Assembly (NCBI GenBank): GCA_022601335.1 | Contig: JAJACV010000025.1 | Coordinates: forward strand, 1 to 64,000 | Source of the DNA: Chlamydiota bacterium | Lineage (GTDB): Bacteria > Chlamydiota > Chlamydiia > Chlamydiales > JAAZZY01 | Direction of reading: 5' to 3' | DNA length: 64,000 nt | Shown here: positions 45,530 to 57,464 of the stretch, piece after piece | Numbering within the stretch: position 1 is the stretch's first letter | Layout: every line of letters starts with the position of its first letter | Notes under the pieces: model-generated | Database searches by the model: none | What the model saw: only the letters and a program-made list of their open reading frames with translations | What the model was told of the DNA's origin: nothing | Program-made: the position numbers and the translations under genes

Positions 45530-46940
45530 AGCGCTCTTTTAACGCTATTGTTTCAAAGCAGAGCTCTAACGAATGCGGTTTACTATCAGGCAATTTTGGT
45601 ATAATTTGCGCATACTCTTTAAAGTTTTCTCTAAGACGATCGGCAGCAATTTTTTGCAGATCAGACGCCGAAAGCTCCTTTAAATCTTCAAGACCCGAAA
45701 TAACTGATGAAAACGACTGCTTAATTTCCTCATAAGCACTCCCCTGCAAGTCATCCGAAGTTAAGCTGTGTGTTTGATGAAACAAATCTTCCACATGCCC
45801 TTTAGCTCCGTACAAAGCTCCTATCACAAAGGAAAGTCTCCAAAACCGCTTTTGGTAATCGTCACCATAAAAATGAATGATTTTTTCTCGAGCAATTTCT
45901 TTTTTTTCTAGAGCTTTAATACAAGCTGCAGCTGTGACAGAGCTTAGCATAGCTGATGTCATCCCTGTCGATAAAAGAGGATCTATAAAAACCGCTGCAT
46001 CCCCCGCTAAAAAATAATTATCCCCGGCCCATTTAGTGGTGCGGTAACTCCAGTCTTGCGTTTGTTGAACACTTGATACTAAGTAAGCTTTTTCAAGAAG
46101 AGACATAAATATTTGAGATTGTTCCAGCGATTCTTTATACAATACTTTTTTATCTTTCTTTTTTTTCTCTTCATTATAAAATTTTTGAGAAAGAACAACT
46201 CCTACACTAAATGTTTTGTCATGAAGAGGAATACCCCAAATCCAGCCATTTGGAATAGAGCTTAGAACAATAGGATTTTCAAGATCTTTGGTATAACCTT
46301 GTATTCCATGAAAGTCTTTTAAAGTGTGTGAAGGTTTTGCTTTTAACCAGTAACCCCAAAGGGCTACATTTTGAAAGGCATTTAAAGGTTTTTGAGAATC
46401 TAAATAACGCCTCGCTAAAATAGCCGCACGTCCACTAGCATCTATCAGGTAGTCACAGACTACCCTTTTAACGTCGCCCTTATGAAGCACCGAAACAGAT
46501 TCAACACAATCTCCATTAAACTCAATGCTTTCTACTTTTGTCTCTTCATACACTCTCACTCCGCACTCTCGAGCTCTTGTCAAAAGAAGGTGATCAAATT
46601 CAGAGCGAATAACATGATAAGTATATTGCCCGCTTTCTCCCCAATTAATTAACCATCGCTCATTCCAGTCAAATAAAACACCGCCTTTTCTCTTACATCC
46701 CAAAGAGATAACTCTTTCTTCTAAATCGAGTTGTTGCAGTATCCAAGGAAGTGAGAGGATTCCCGATTCGCCTATATGGTATCTAGGATGACAATCTTTC
46801 TCGTAAAGAGAAACCTCAAAACCCGCTTTAGCAAGAAGTATAGCAGCAGTAGATCCGGCAGGACCGCCGCCAATAATAACAATTTTTTTTGGTTCTGACA
46901 TCTTAGTTAAACAAAATTTATCAAAATATTTTCTAAACAA
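45522..46940 (-). CDS. FAD-dependent oxidoreductase of the flavin-dependent (tryptophan-type) halogenase family
   Basis: GxGxxG reads IVIIGGGPAGSTAA. The halogenase-family motifs GWIWGIP (WxWxIP) and FIDPLLSTG (Fx.Px.Sx.G) are both present. Confidence 0.55.
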   Translation of the reverse strand: MFRKYFDKFCLTKMSEPKKIVIIGGGPAGSTAAILLAKAGFEVSLYEKDCHPRYHIGESGILSLPWILQQLDLEERVISLGCKRKGGVLFDWNERWLINWGESGQYTYHVIRSEFDHLLLTRARECGVRVYEETKVESIEFNGDCVESVSVLHKGDVKRVVCDYLIDASGRAAILARRYLDSQKPLNAFQNVALWGYWLKAKPSHTLKDFHGIQGYTKDLENPIVLSSIPNGWIWGIPLHDKTFSVGVVLSQKFYNEEKKKKDKKVLYKESLEQSQIFMSLLEKAYLVSSVQQTQDWSYRTTKWAGDNYFLAGDAAVFIDPLLSTGMTSAMLSSVTAAACIKALEKKEIAREKIIHFYGDDYQKRFWRLSFVIGALYGAKGHVEDLFHQTHSLTSDDLQGSAYEEIKQSFSSVISGLEDLKELSASDLQKIAADRLRENFKEYAQIIPKLPDSKPHSLELCFETIALKERST

Positions 46941-47722
46941 ATAGAAAGCTTAATAGAGCGCTCGAATCCCAAACGTGTTTTTTCCAGACTCTTTTGAAAC
47001 TGCTTATAACTTAAAGGAAGTGTCTGCTGTAAACTTAAAAACCATTTTTCCACTTGTAAAAACAGATTTTTAGCCTCCTCATCAAATTGCATTTGCTCTT
47101 CAAAAGACTTCTCTTTTTTTGAAAAAATTTCCTTTTCTAAAGAGTCTAAGATAGAACTGCAGGTTTTGTTCAATTCATGATAGGAAAATTTAGGCCAACT
47201 TTCAAGAAATTGAGATAGCATGACCTGATGTTTTTTTTCAGACTCAACAAGCTCTTCTTTCTGAAAAATCACCTTTTGAAATCGTGAGACAAGAGTGGGC
47301 AACAGCGCATCGAGAGAGCCAACCATTAAAATAAAGTAAGAAGATTTCACAGGCTCTTCAATTGTTTTCAAAAGAGCATTTGCAGCAGCCTCTTGCATAC
47401 GCTCTGCACCCTTTAAAACAAAAAACTGAGAAGGAGATTCATGAGGATAAAGTTGACTTTGACTAGAGAGTCCTCTTATTTGCTCGATAGTATAAACGCC
47501 TGATTTAGAAGACGGAGTTAGAAGAGAAAAATCAGGGTGGTTACCTGATAACATTTTTTCTAATCCTTCCTCTGAAGCACCTTGCATTTGAAGCACTTTT
47601 TGAGCAAATAGCTTAGCGCAATCAAGCATCTTCTCTCTATTTGATCCTATAAACAGAAGCGCCTGAGGAATTTTTTCTCCCTGCAGTATTTGTTCTAAAA
47701 ATTTTTCGTGCTTTTGCATCAT
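46907..47722 (-). CDS. holB: DNA polymerase III delta-prime subunit
   Basis: AAA+-like N-terminal segment (ALLFIG) and clamp-loader delta-prime architecture; 271 aa. Confidence 0.7.
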   Translation of the reverse strand: MMQKHEKFLEQILQGEKIPQALLFIGSNREKMLDCAKLFAQKVLQMQGASEEGLEKMLSGNHPDFSLLTPSSKSGVYTIEQIRGLSSQSQLYPHESPSQFFVLKGAERMQEAAANALLKTIEEPVKSSYFILMVGSLDALLPTLVSRFQKVIFQKEELVESEKKHQVMLSQFLESWPKFSYHELNKTCSSILDSLEKEIFSKKEKSFEEQMQFDEEAKNLFLQVEKWFLSLQQTLPLSYKQFQKSLEKTRLGFERSIKLSICLENILINFV

Positions 47723-47727
47723 GGCAT

Positions 47728-48354
47728 CTACTTTCTTAATATAGCTCGTACAGGGCTTGCTTCAAATCCTTTGAGTTTCAAAGGCAAGGCAACCAGCTCA
47801 TAAACCCCTTTTGGGACCTCTTTCAAGTAAAGGCATTCTAGAACAGCCATTTTATATTTACTAGCACATTTCTGACTTAAAATACTTGAACAGTCTTTAT
47901 ATAGGTCTATTCCAGGTGTGTCAATCCCTACTAAAATGACTCCCTTTTCGTGAAGATACTCAATAGCATTTGGATCCAACGCAGCATAGTCTTCAGGGAA
48001 GGGATTTTGTTGATTTGCCGTATTTGTTTTAATAAGAACTCGAGGTGTTTGAAAATGATTCGGCAGTTGATCTGGTGTCACTTTGCTCAAAGGATTTGCT
48101 TGAATCTCAATCACTTCACAAGGTCCGATAAAGTAATCCAACCCCAGATCAACGACATCCAAACCTTCCGTCTCTGTCATTAAGGGACTGTTGACATGAG
48201 CACCTAAGTGGCTGGTAGATTTAAAAGCTGAGAGATTTACCCCATGCCCTTTTTCAATTTCAAGCTTAGGAAGCTTTTTTAAGGGCATATCATTTGGCCA
48301 CACACAAAATTTTTCGTCAATTTGTGGTGATATATCAAACAAAGCTACATTCAT
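47728..48354 (-). CDS. Cyclase-family protein (putative arylformamidase / kynurenine formamidase-like)
   Basis: The HLGAHVNSP segment fits the HxGTHxDxP metal-binding motif of cyclase/KynB proteins, with D replaced by N. The 208-aa size is appropriate. Confidence 0.5.
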   Translation of the reverse strand: MNVALFDISPQIDEKFCVWPNDMPLKKLPKLEIEKGHGVNLSAFKSTSHLGAHVNSPLMTETEGLDVVDLGLDYFIGPCEVIEIQANPLSKVTPDQLPNHFQTPRVLIKTNTANQQNPFPEDYAALDPNAIEYLHEKGVILVGIDTPGIDLYKDCSSILSQKCASKYKMAVLECLYLKEVPKGVYELVALPLKLKGFEASPVRAILRK

Positions 48355-48423
48355 AATAAAATCGGATTTTTTGAGTATGATACAAAAAATCCGATTTTAT
48401 CTAACTGTTTTAAGACATCTATT

Positions 48424-49422
48424 TCAATTTTTACCGTAAAAAGCGGCTAATGACTTATCATTATCTGATGCTTGAAAAAAGGTTTTTCCTCCTTGCTGCT
48501 CGAGATATTCAATGAGTGCCGTATTTCTCGGGTGCAGTGTTTTAACAACCGTTAACGGAGAGGCTATGGGATCTAACTGTATTTCACTGTGACCGGCTCT
48601 AACAACTCCGATATTCCCCCCTCCACTACAGGGAGCTTCTGCCCAAGCACTCCAATCACTATTGCTCCAATAATCACTTTCATAAATAGTTCGTTGAGCA
48701 AGCTTCATTTCAGATTGATTCACTTTATTCACGTCATAGCCCTTTTCTTCTAAGAGAAAGCGGACACAATCTAAATTACCTGCTGCACAGGCTAGGTGAA
48801 GCAAGTTCTTATTAAAAATAAAGAGATCTTGATCTAAAAAGATCTCTGGATGTTTCTCTTGAAGATATTGAGCGCCTTCAAACCAACCGTCTTTAAAAGA
48901 ATTATATATCATATAAACAGAGAAATAATAAGCGGTATTTTTATCATTATCTTCAAAATCATTCCACCCCAAACCATAGTCATAAGCAACTATATCTTTT
49001 ATATCTTCAATCAGATCTTTTTTGTAATGACTGAAAAGCAGCAGCATCTCCAAATTTTTACTTTTAGAGACTAAACTAAAAGGACTAATATGCCCGACTT
49101 TATCATCCCATGCAGAAGTAAATAAAGTTTCTGGAGTGTTCTTTAGAAGATGATCGGCAATATCTACAAATCCCTTTTTAACAGCAAAGTGAAGAGGAAT
49201 ATAATTTTTTTTATTGCCAACACTTGGATCTATTCCATAAGAAATAAGTAATTTAACAGCTTCAAAATTATTTTTTTTACAAGCTAAGTGCAGGGCATTA
49301 TCCCCTGCATTATTTGAATAATTAGGATCTATTCCTAAAGATTTAAGCTTTATTTCAGCTTCATTAGGTTTCAAAAATGTATAAGAATCTGAATAACTTT
49401 GATAACGTGAGTTTATTTCCAT
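48424..49422 (-). CDS. Ankyrin-repeat protein
   Basis: GDNALHLACKKNNFEAVKLLISYGIDPSV...IPLHFAVKKGFVDIADHLL and NLLHLACAAGNLDCVRFLL are clear ANK units. Confidence 0.7.
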   Translation of the reverse strand: MEINSRYQSYSDSYTFLKPNEAEIKLKSLGIDPNYSNNAGDNALHLACKKNNFEAVKLLISYGIDPSVGNKKNYIPLHFAVKKGFVDIADHLLKNTPETLFTSAWDDKVGHISPFSLVSKSKNLEMLLLFSHYKKDLIEDIKDIVAYDYGLGWNDFEDNDKNTAYYFSVYMIYNSFKDGWFEGAQYLQEKHPEIFLDQDLFIFNKNLLHLACAAGNLDCVRFLLEEKGYDVNKVNQSEMKLAQRTIYESDYWSNSDWSAWAEAPCSGGGNIGVVRAGHSEIQLDPIASPLTVVKTLHPRNTALIEYLEQQGGKTFFQASDNDKSLAAFYGKN

Positions 49423-49449
49423 AGTAACAACCTTAGAAGTTAATTGAGA

Positions 49450-49992
49450 TCAGGATAAAATTACATTCCAAGCATTGTTTATAGTACTCATGGCAATATA
49501 ATGAGCTGTGCCTGCCAGAAGAGCACTATAAGCTACGGGCTTTGGAAATAGGCCGCAAGCATAAAGAATTATGGAACCACCTACATATTTAGTCGAAATG
49601 ACCTCAAATACTGCTGCCGGCACCTTTGATTCGGAAAGTGTATGATAGAGAGAGGTCGTTCCCTCTACCAATCCATTAGCTGTTTCCTGAAGATAAGGCA
49701 GCGCTTGTGAAAAAACAGCTTTTATAGGGTCTAAGCAATCTTGAATATTTAGAGGTCGGTCAGGTCTTGCAAAACCAACTAAATCACATGCAGAATGATA
49801 ATTTTCATAGGATGAACAAGTAGAGATCGTTGACTCTAAAGCTTTATTTGCAAATGCTACGCTCCCAGCCAGAGCACCCACAGTCAGTAACGTGTACCCT
49901 AAAGTTTTATAAGGGTTCTCCTTGGCGTACTGGATCCCTTCATTTACATTTTTATAAACTAAATTTGATAAACCACTAACTAAACTAGTCAT
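49450..49992 (-). CDS. Hypothetical small membrane protein, paralog A (tandem duplicate of 50513..50914)
   Basis: The N-terminal ~80 aa are about 75% identical to paralog B, including the TM helix TLGYTLLTVGALAGSVAFA. Nucleotide identity over that region is about 85-90%. Confidence 0.4.
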   Translation of the reverse strand: MTSLVSGLSNLVYKNVNEGIQYAKENPYKTLGYTLLTVGALAGSVAFANKALESTISTCSSYENYHSACDLVGFARPDRPLNIQDCLDPIKAVFSQALPYLQETANGLVEGTTSLYHTLSESKVPAAVFEVISTKYVGGSIILYACGLFPKPVAYSALLAGTAHYIAMSTINNAWNVILS

Positions 49993-50129
49993 TTTAAAAC
50001 CTTTGTAAAATAAATCAATATAACCAATATTAATATATAAACATTAAGATTTTATAAACTAAAACCTGTTTAAAATAACTACGACTCCAATTCATAACCC
50101 TGAAGTTAAACAGAGCTTCTTTACCCAAA

Positions 50130-50450
50130 AAATTTGCTAAAGTATGAAGAAAAAGCTTCACCTATACATTCTTCGAAGGATTTCTCTCCGCTGCTTCCAA
50201 ATCCCGAACTAACAGAAAGGTCTGTTGCCCAGGGATAATCAGAACATTGCATATATGTGTATAATCCCAGCGATCCAAAGAGAACAGGAAGCCCAAATCT
50301 ACCAGCTAGGCTGCGAATCATTTGAAAGTGACCTGCTAGTAAGAGCAGAGCGACCTCTACATGCCCCCTGTCTTAAAGCCGCATATAAAGCTCGTCCTCT
50401 ATCAGGATAAGACCTTCGCAATCTTGGTCACAGAGCTGCCAAGCGAAGTC
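50130..50450 (-). pseudogene. Decayed partial duplicate of the thymidylate kinase (tmk) 3' region
   Basis: Collinear nucleotide similarity to tmk: 50396-50450 matches 51305-51360 (tggtcacagag.tgc...aagtccatt), and 50165-50215 matches 51100-51150 (cttcgaa...tttctct...gctgc...caatc). Only short broken ORFs remain. Confidence 0.45.
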
Positions 50451-50512
50451 CATTACTTAATAACTATTTTTTAAAGTATGCATCATGAATGCTGCCATTG
50501 TTGCAGACTCCA

Positions 50513-50914
50513 TCAATAAAAAGCCTCGAGCAAGACTCCATCAATAAAAAGCACTGGGACTGCGTATGTCAGAACTTTTAGATATGTCGAAACGGCTACC
50601 TTTGTGGTTGCAAATAATGCTGTCGCTGATAAGTTTAATATGGAAACTGCGTGATCAAAATAAGTTTTTGGATTTAATTTTTCGGGCCTTGAAAAACCGA
50701 CTAAATCACATGCAAAATGATAATTTTCATAGGATGAGCAAGTAGACATTGTTGATTCAAAAACTTTATTTGCAACTGCTACGCTCCCAGCCACAGCACC
50801 CACAGTCAGCAACGTATAGCCTAAAGTTTTAGCAGGGTTCTCTTTGGCGTCCTGGACCGCTTCATTTACGTCTTTATAAACTGAATATGTGAAATTACTA
50901 ATGGAACTAGTCAT
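50513..50914 (-). CDS. Hypothetical small membrane protein, paralog B (possibly 3'-truncated)
   Basis: Paralog of 49450..49992. Its 3' end contains a direct 19-nt repeat (gactccatcaataaaaagc x2, around 50496-50545) and the ORF is 47 aa shorter than paralog A. Confidence 0.4.
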   Translation of the reverse strand: MTSSISNFTYSVYKDVNEAVQDAKENPAKTLGYTLLTVGAVAGSVAVANKVFESTMSTCSSYENYHFACDLVGFSRPEKLNPKTYFDHAVSILNLSATALFATTKVAVSTYLKVLTYAVPVLFIDGVLLEAFY

Positions 50915-51065
50915 AAAAAACCTTTATTTAACACGTTAACCTTAAATCATTTTAGCTTTTAAACATTAAGATGATATAAAGCTTTAATAATAAAATAACA
51001 CAAAACATTATATTTTAGTTATTTAAGATGATGCAAACCACGCATTATTTTATAAATTTTCTGTC

Positions 51066-51704
51066 TCATTTTTGTAATACAGCTCTGAGAATGCCTCTAG
51101 CGCCTTCGAATACTTTTTCTTTTGTTTCGGCTGCATCAATCAGAAAAATTCTACTAGGTTGTTCTTGAGCTAAAATTTGATACCCTTCATGGACTTTTTC
51201 ATGAAAAGAGAGGTTTAAGTCTTCGAGTCGATCCCACTCCTTCTCCATTTTCTGAATACGCTTCAACCCTTTACTTGGATCTAAATTCAAAATAAAAGTT
51301 AAATCAGGAGTAAGACCTGAGCAAGCCTGGTCACAGAGTTGCTGTGCTAAGTCCATTCCAAGTCCTCTAGCATGTCCTTGATAAGCAATACTGGAATCGT
51401 TGAATCGATCGCAAAGAACCACACAGCCTTGTTTCAGACTTGGTAAAATAATTTCTTGAATATGTTGAACTCTCGAGGTCAGAAAAAGAAGCAGCTCCGC
51501 CATAGGAGAGATTTCAGTGCCTTTTTGATGAAGAAGAAGCTCTCGTACTTGCTCACCAAGATCCGTACCCCCTGGTTCTCTTGTTTTCACAACATCGCAC
51601 CCTCTTTCTTCGAAAAACAGGCGGATGCTTTCAATTAGAGTGGTTTTTCCAGAGCCCTCTCCTCCTTCAAAGGTGATAAATAACGGCTTATTCTTTTGAC
51701 TCAT
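51066..51704 (-). CDS. tmk: Thymidylate kinase
   Basis: P-loop FITFEGGEGSGKTT, the DRF motif (LCDRFNDSS) and a lid region. Confidence 0.9.
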   Translation of the reverse strand: MSQKNKPLFITFEGGEGSGKTTLIESIRLFFEERGCDVVKTREPGGTDLGEQVRELLLHQKGTEISPMAELLLFLTSRVQHIQEIILPSLKQGCVVLCDRFNDSSIAYQGHARGLGMDLAQQLCDQACSGLTPDLTFILNLDPSKGLKRIQKMEKEWDRLEDLNLSFHEKVHEGYQILAQEQPSRIFLIDAAETKEKVFEGARGILRAVLQK

Positions 51705-54180
51705 CTTGAGCTAAAACTTCTGTTGTTTCACTTTCTTCTTCTTCATCTTCAGATGAAATTTTCTGAACGGCTGAAATGGAGTCCCCATCGCGTAAATTTA
51801 CGAGATTGACACCTTGAGTCGCTCGCCCCATAACTCTGAGATTATCCATTCCAAATCGTATGGTCTGCCCTTGTTTGGACATCATTAAAACACTCTCATG
51901 GTCTTCGATTGAAAGCGCCCCTAAAACACAGCCATTCCGGTCATTCGTAATAATTGAGCGGACACCCACTCCGCCACGGTGTGTTTTTCTAAAACTATCT
52001 ACATTAGATCGTTTTCCAAAGCCATTTTCACATACAATTAAAATTTGCTCATCGCCATTGACGACCTCGCAAGCAACGACTAAGTCTTTGTCTGATTTTA
52101 AAGAAACACCTTTTACTCCACGCGCTGTACGTCCCATAGCCCTTACTTGATCTGCATCAAATCGAATAGCCATACCTTGTTTCGTAAAGAGCATTATTTG
52201 CTGGTCATCTCCAACGAGATTGGCATTCATAAGAGAGTCGCCCTCATCAATAGTGATAGCATAGATTCCTTTGCGTCTAGGATTTGCATAAGATTGAATT
52301 TGGGTTTTTTTAACAATTCCATTAACGGTAGATAAGAAGACATAGTGGCCCTCTTGATCAAAGCTAGATACTTTTAGAATGGTAGCTATTTTTTCACCCG
52401 GTTGTATATCTTCTAAAAGATTAATTAAAGGTCTTCCTTTAGAGCGCCTTCCGGACTCAGGAATTTGCCACACTTTAATCCAATAGCAACGACCAAGCGA
52501 TGTGAAAACCAGTAAATAGTCATGCGTATTAGCCACATAAATGCTTTTGAGAGAGTCATCTTCTTTTTTTAGATCAAACCCTATAACTCCACTTCCACCA
52601 CGCCTTTGTTCTCTGAAGGTATCCATCGGCATTCGTTTAATATAATCATCTTGAGAAATGGTTAAAATCACCGGTTCATTGGTAATTAGATCTTCAATAT
52701 TCAAGTCTCCTTCTGCCGCAATGATCTTAGTTCTACGAGGTGTTTTATCGACAGAGCGCACTTGCTCTAATTCTTCAATAATAATTTCTCGAACCAGCTG
52801 CTCACTAGCCAAAATTGAAGTTAAATACTTAATTTTTTCTAAGAGTTTTTGGTACTCATTATTAATTTTATCTTGTTCAAGCCCCGTGAGCTGATAAAGC
52901 TTAAGATCCAATACAGCATTCGACTGTCTTTCACTCAGATCATAGAGTTCCATAAGAGCTGATTTTGCTTCCTCTCTTGACGCTTTTGATCGAATGATTT
53001 TTACCACTTCATCTAAGTGATGTAGAGCTTTTAAATACCCTTCTAAGATATGCGCTCTATCTTCTGCTTTATTAAGTTCATAACGAGTTCTTCGTCTTAT
53101 CACTTCAATGCGGTGTTCCACCCAAGCGATAATGAATTGTTTGATATTCATGACTCTTGGCAGCCCTTTATCCAAAGCGAGCATATTACAGCCAAATGTA
53201 ACTTGTATATCCGTGTATTTATAAAGCTGATTAATGATCACATCAGGCACTTCATTGCGTTTAAGATCAATAACCACTTGAAGACCCAGTTTATCAGAAT
53301 CATCTCGAATATCACTGATCCCAGTAATTACTTTATTATGAATAAGATTCGCTATTTGCGTGATTAAACGTGCTTTATTGACGTTATAAGGTAGTTCCTT
53401 AATTAAAATTTTGGAGCGATCTCCATTTTCTTCCACTTCAATCTTAGATCTTAATGTAAATTTACCACGACCGGTATGATAAGCTTCTTTTATTCCGCGA
53501 TACCCACAAATAACTCCCCCAGTAGGAAAGTCTGGAGCTGGCATAATCTCCATAATCTCTTCAATGGTGGTTTCTGGATTTTCTATCACTTTTTGAGTAG
53601 CGCTCACAAGTTCTTGTAAGTTTTGAGGAGGAATATTTGTGGCCATCCCAACAGCAATTCCAGATGATCCATTACAAAGTAGATTTGGAAATTTAGAAGG
53701 AAAAACAACCGGTTCCATCTTGGTTTCATCATAGTTGGGAACAAGATCTACCGTTTCTTTCTCCAAGTCCTCCATAAGAAGAACAGAGGGCTGAGTTAAA
53801 CGAGCTTCAGCATAACGCATCGCGGCAGGAGGATCTCCATCAACAGAGCCAAAGTTACCCTGGCCATTGACAAGCATATAGCGCATACACCATTCTTGAG
53901 CCATGCGCACAAGTGTCGGATAAATAACCATTTCTCCGTGCGGGTGAAAGTCCCCGGAAGTATCTCCACAAATCTTAGCGCACTTACGGTGTTTTCCACC
54001 GGGAGACAATCCAAGTAATCGCATTGCATAGAGAATTCTTCTCTGCGATGGCTTTAAACCATCGCGGGCATCGGGCAAAGCTCTTGAAATAATGACAGAC
54101 ATGGAGTAGCGAAGATAGCTCTCCTTCATTTCGTCTTCAACATTCCTCGGAATAATGTTTTCAAATTTACTCGGTAACAT
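51688..54180 (-). CDS. gyrA: DNA gyrase subunit A
   Basis: GLKPSQRRILYAM, AMRYAEARLT and an active-site Tyr region; 830 aa; overlaps the gyrB-side neighbours. Confidence 0.95.
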   Translation of the reverse strand: MLPSKFENIIPRNVEDEMKESYLRYSMSVIISRALPDARDGLKPSQRRILYAMRLLGLSPGGKHRKCAKICGDTSGDFHPHGEMVIYPTLVRMAQEWCMRYMLVNGQGNFGSVDGDPPAAMRYAEARLTQPSVLLMEDLEKETVDLVPNYDETKMEPVVFPSKFPNLLCNGSSGIAVGMATNIPPQNLQELVSATQKVIENPETTIEEIMEIMPAPDFPTGGVICGYRGIKEAYHTGRGKFTLRSKIEVEENGDRSKILIKELPYNVNKARLITQIANLIHNKVITGISDIRDDSDKLGLQVVIDLKRNEVPDVIINQLYKYTDIQVTFGCNMLALDKGLPRVMNIKQFIIAWVEHRIEVIRRRTRYELNKAEDRAHILEGYLKALHHLDEVVKIIRSKASREEAKSALMELYDLSERQSNAVLDLKLYQLTGLEQDKINNEYQKLLEKIKYLTSILASEQLVREIIIEELEQVRSVDKTPRRTKIIAAEGDLNIEDLITNEPVILTISQDDYIKRMPMDTFREQRRGGSGVIGFDLKKEDDSLKSIYVANTHDYLLVFTSLGRCYWIKVWQIPESGRRSKGRPLINLLEDIQPGEKIATILKVSSFDQEGHYVFLSTVNGIVKKTQIQSYANPRRKGIYAITIDEGDSLMNANLVGDDQQIMLFTKQGMAIRFDADQVRAMGRTARGVKGVSLKSDKDLVVACEVVNGDEQILIVCENGFGKRSNVDSFRKTHRGGVGVRSIITNDRNGCVLGALSIEDHESVLMMSKQGQTIRFGMDNLRVMGRATQGVNLVNLRDGDSISAVQKISSEDEEEESETTEVLAQDESKE

Positions 54181-54197
54181 ACAGGTCGATTCTCCGT

Positions 54198-56744
<2,547 letters not shown>

Positions 56745-57086
56745 TTATCCAATTCGAAATAGAATGTCTTTGATAGCAGCTTTAGGGAATTTTTCCCTTA
56801 TCTTTTTTAATAAAATTATTTTTTCTTTGAAAGTGAGTATACTTAAGAGAGTGGAATTAGAAACCCTCACTTCTAAAACACCCTCGTAAAAACGATGTGC
56901 TTTGGTCATAGGGGCCAACTTAGGCCCTATAATATCAGGCCAAGCAATTAAAATAAGATCCATTCTTTGGTCGCAAGATTTAGTCATCTTTTGCAAAAAA
57001 ATTGGACAAAGATCGGAAATAGTCTTACTTGTAGTGTGTGTTTTTTTTCGAAAGAACATGTACCTTTTAAAGTAAAAAACCCTCAA
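56745..57086 (-). CDS. DUF721-family protein (DciA-like) immediately upstream of gyrB
   Basis: Small basic protein in the conserved position between replication genes and gyrB, with a Y.EGVL.V.V.NS..L-type pattern. The start could be 57086 or the in-frame ATG at 57059. Confidence 0.45.
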   Translation of the reverse strand: MRVFYFKRYMFFRKKTHTTSKTISDLCPIFLQKMTKSCDQRMDLILIAWPDIIGPKLAPMTKAHRFYEGVLEVRVSNSTLLSILTFKEKIILLKKIREKFPKAAIKDILFRIG

Positions 57087-57464
57087 AAAGAGGGCTTTAT
57101 ATTCCCATTTTTCTACCCCAAATTGTACACAAAAAAAGGGTATAAAACAATGTGTTTTTTTAAAAAAATGACGCGATTTTTACGTTTCATTAGAACGTCT
57201 TTTTTCGCATATTTTTTTAACAGACCTACGCCAGCCTTCTGCTGTTTGAGTCCGCTTTTGCTTTCGCTTTGTAGATGTTTTTTCTGATGCCGATTTAGTC
57301 GTAACCTTTGAAGATTTCACCTTTGATAGCCTCCTGATAAAGATTTAATTTCAAATGATTATTAATTTTTGAATTTTTAATTAAATTTTCACTTAAACAG
57401 TAGTAACCCTTTTTGGCTACAAAAAACTAATATTTTTTAAATAAAAAATTTTACAGAAATAAAT

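Noticed and set aside
50121-50410. Two 61-66-aa ORFs (50121-50321 minus, 50225-50410 plus) as real genes
   Set aside because: They lie within the decayed tmk-duplicate remnant, overlap each other on opposite strands and lack an RBS. They are better explained as chance frames in a pseudogene.
56967-57287. 106-aa plus-strand ORF in the pepA-DUF721 spacer
   Set aside because: It is Phe/Lys/Cys-rich and low-complexity, has no RBS, and runs antisense to the better-supported small basic ORF and to the DUF721 start. It is kept only as an alternative in the findings.
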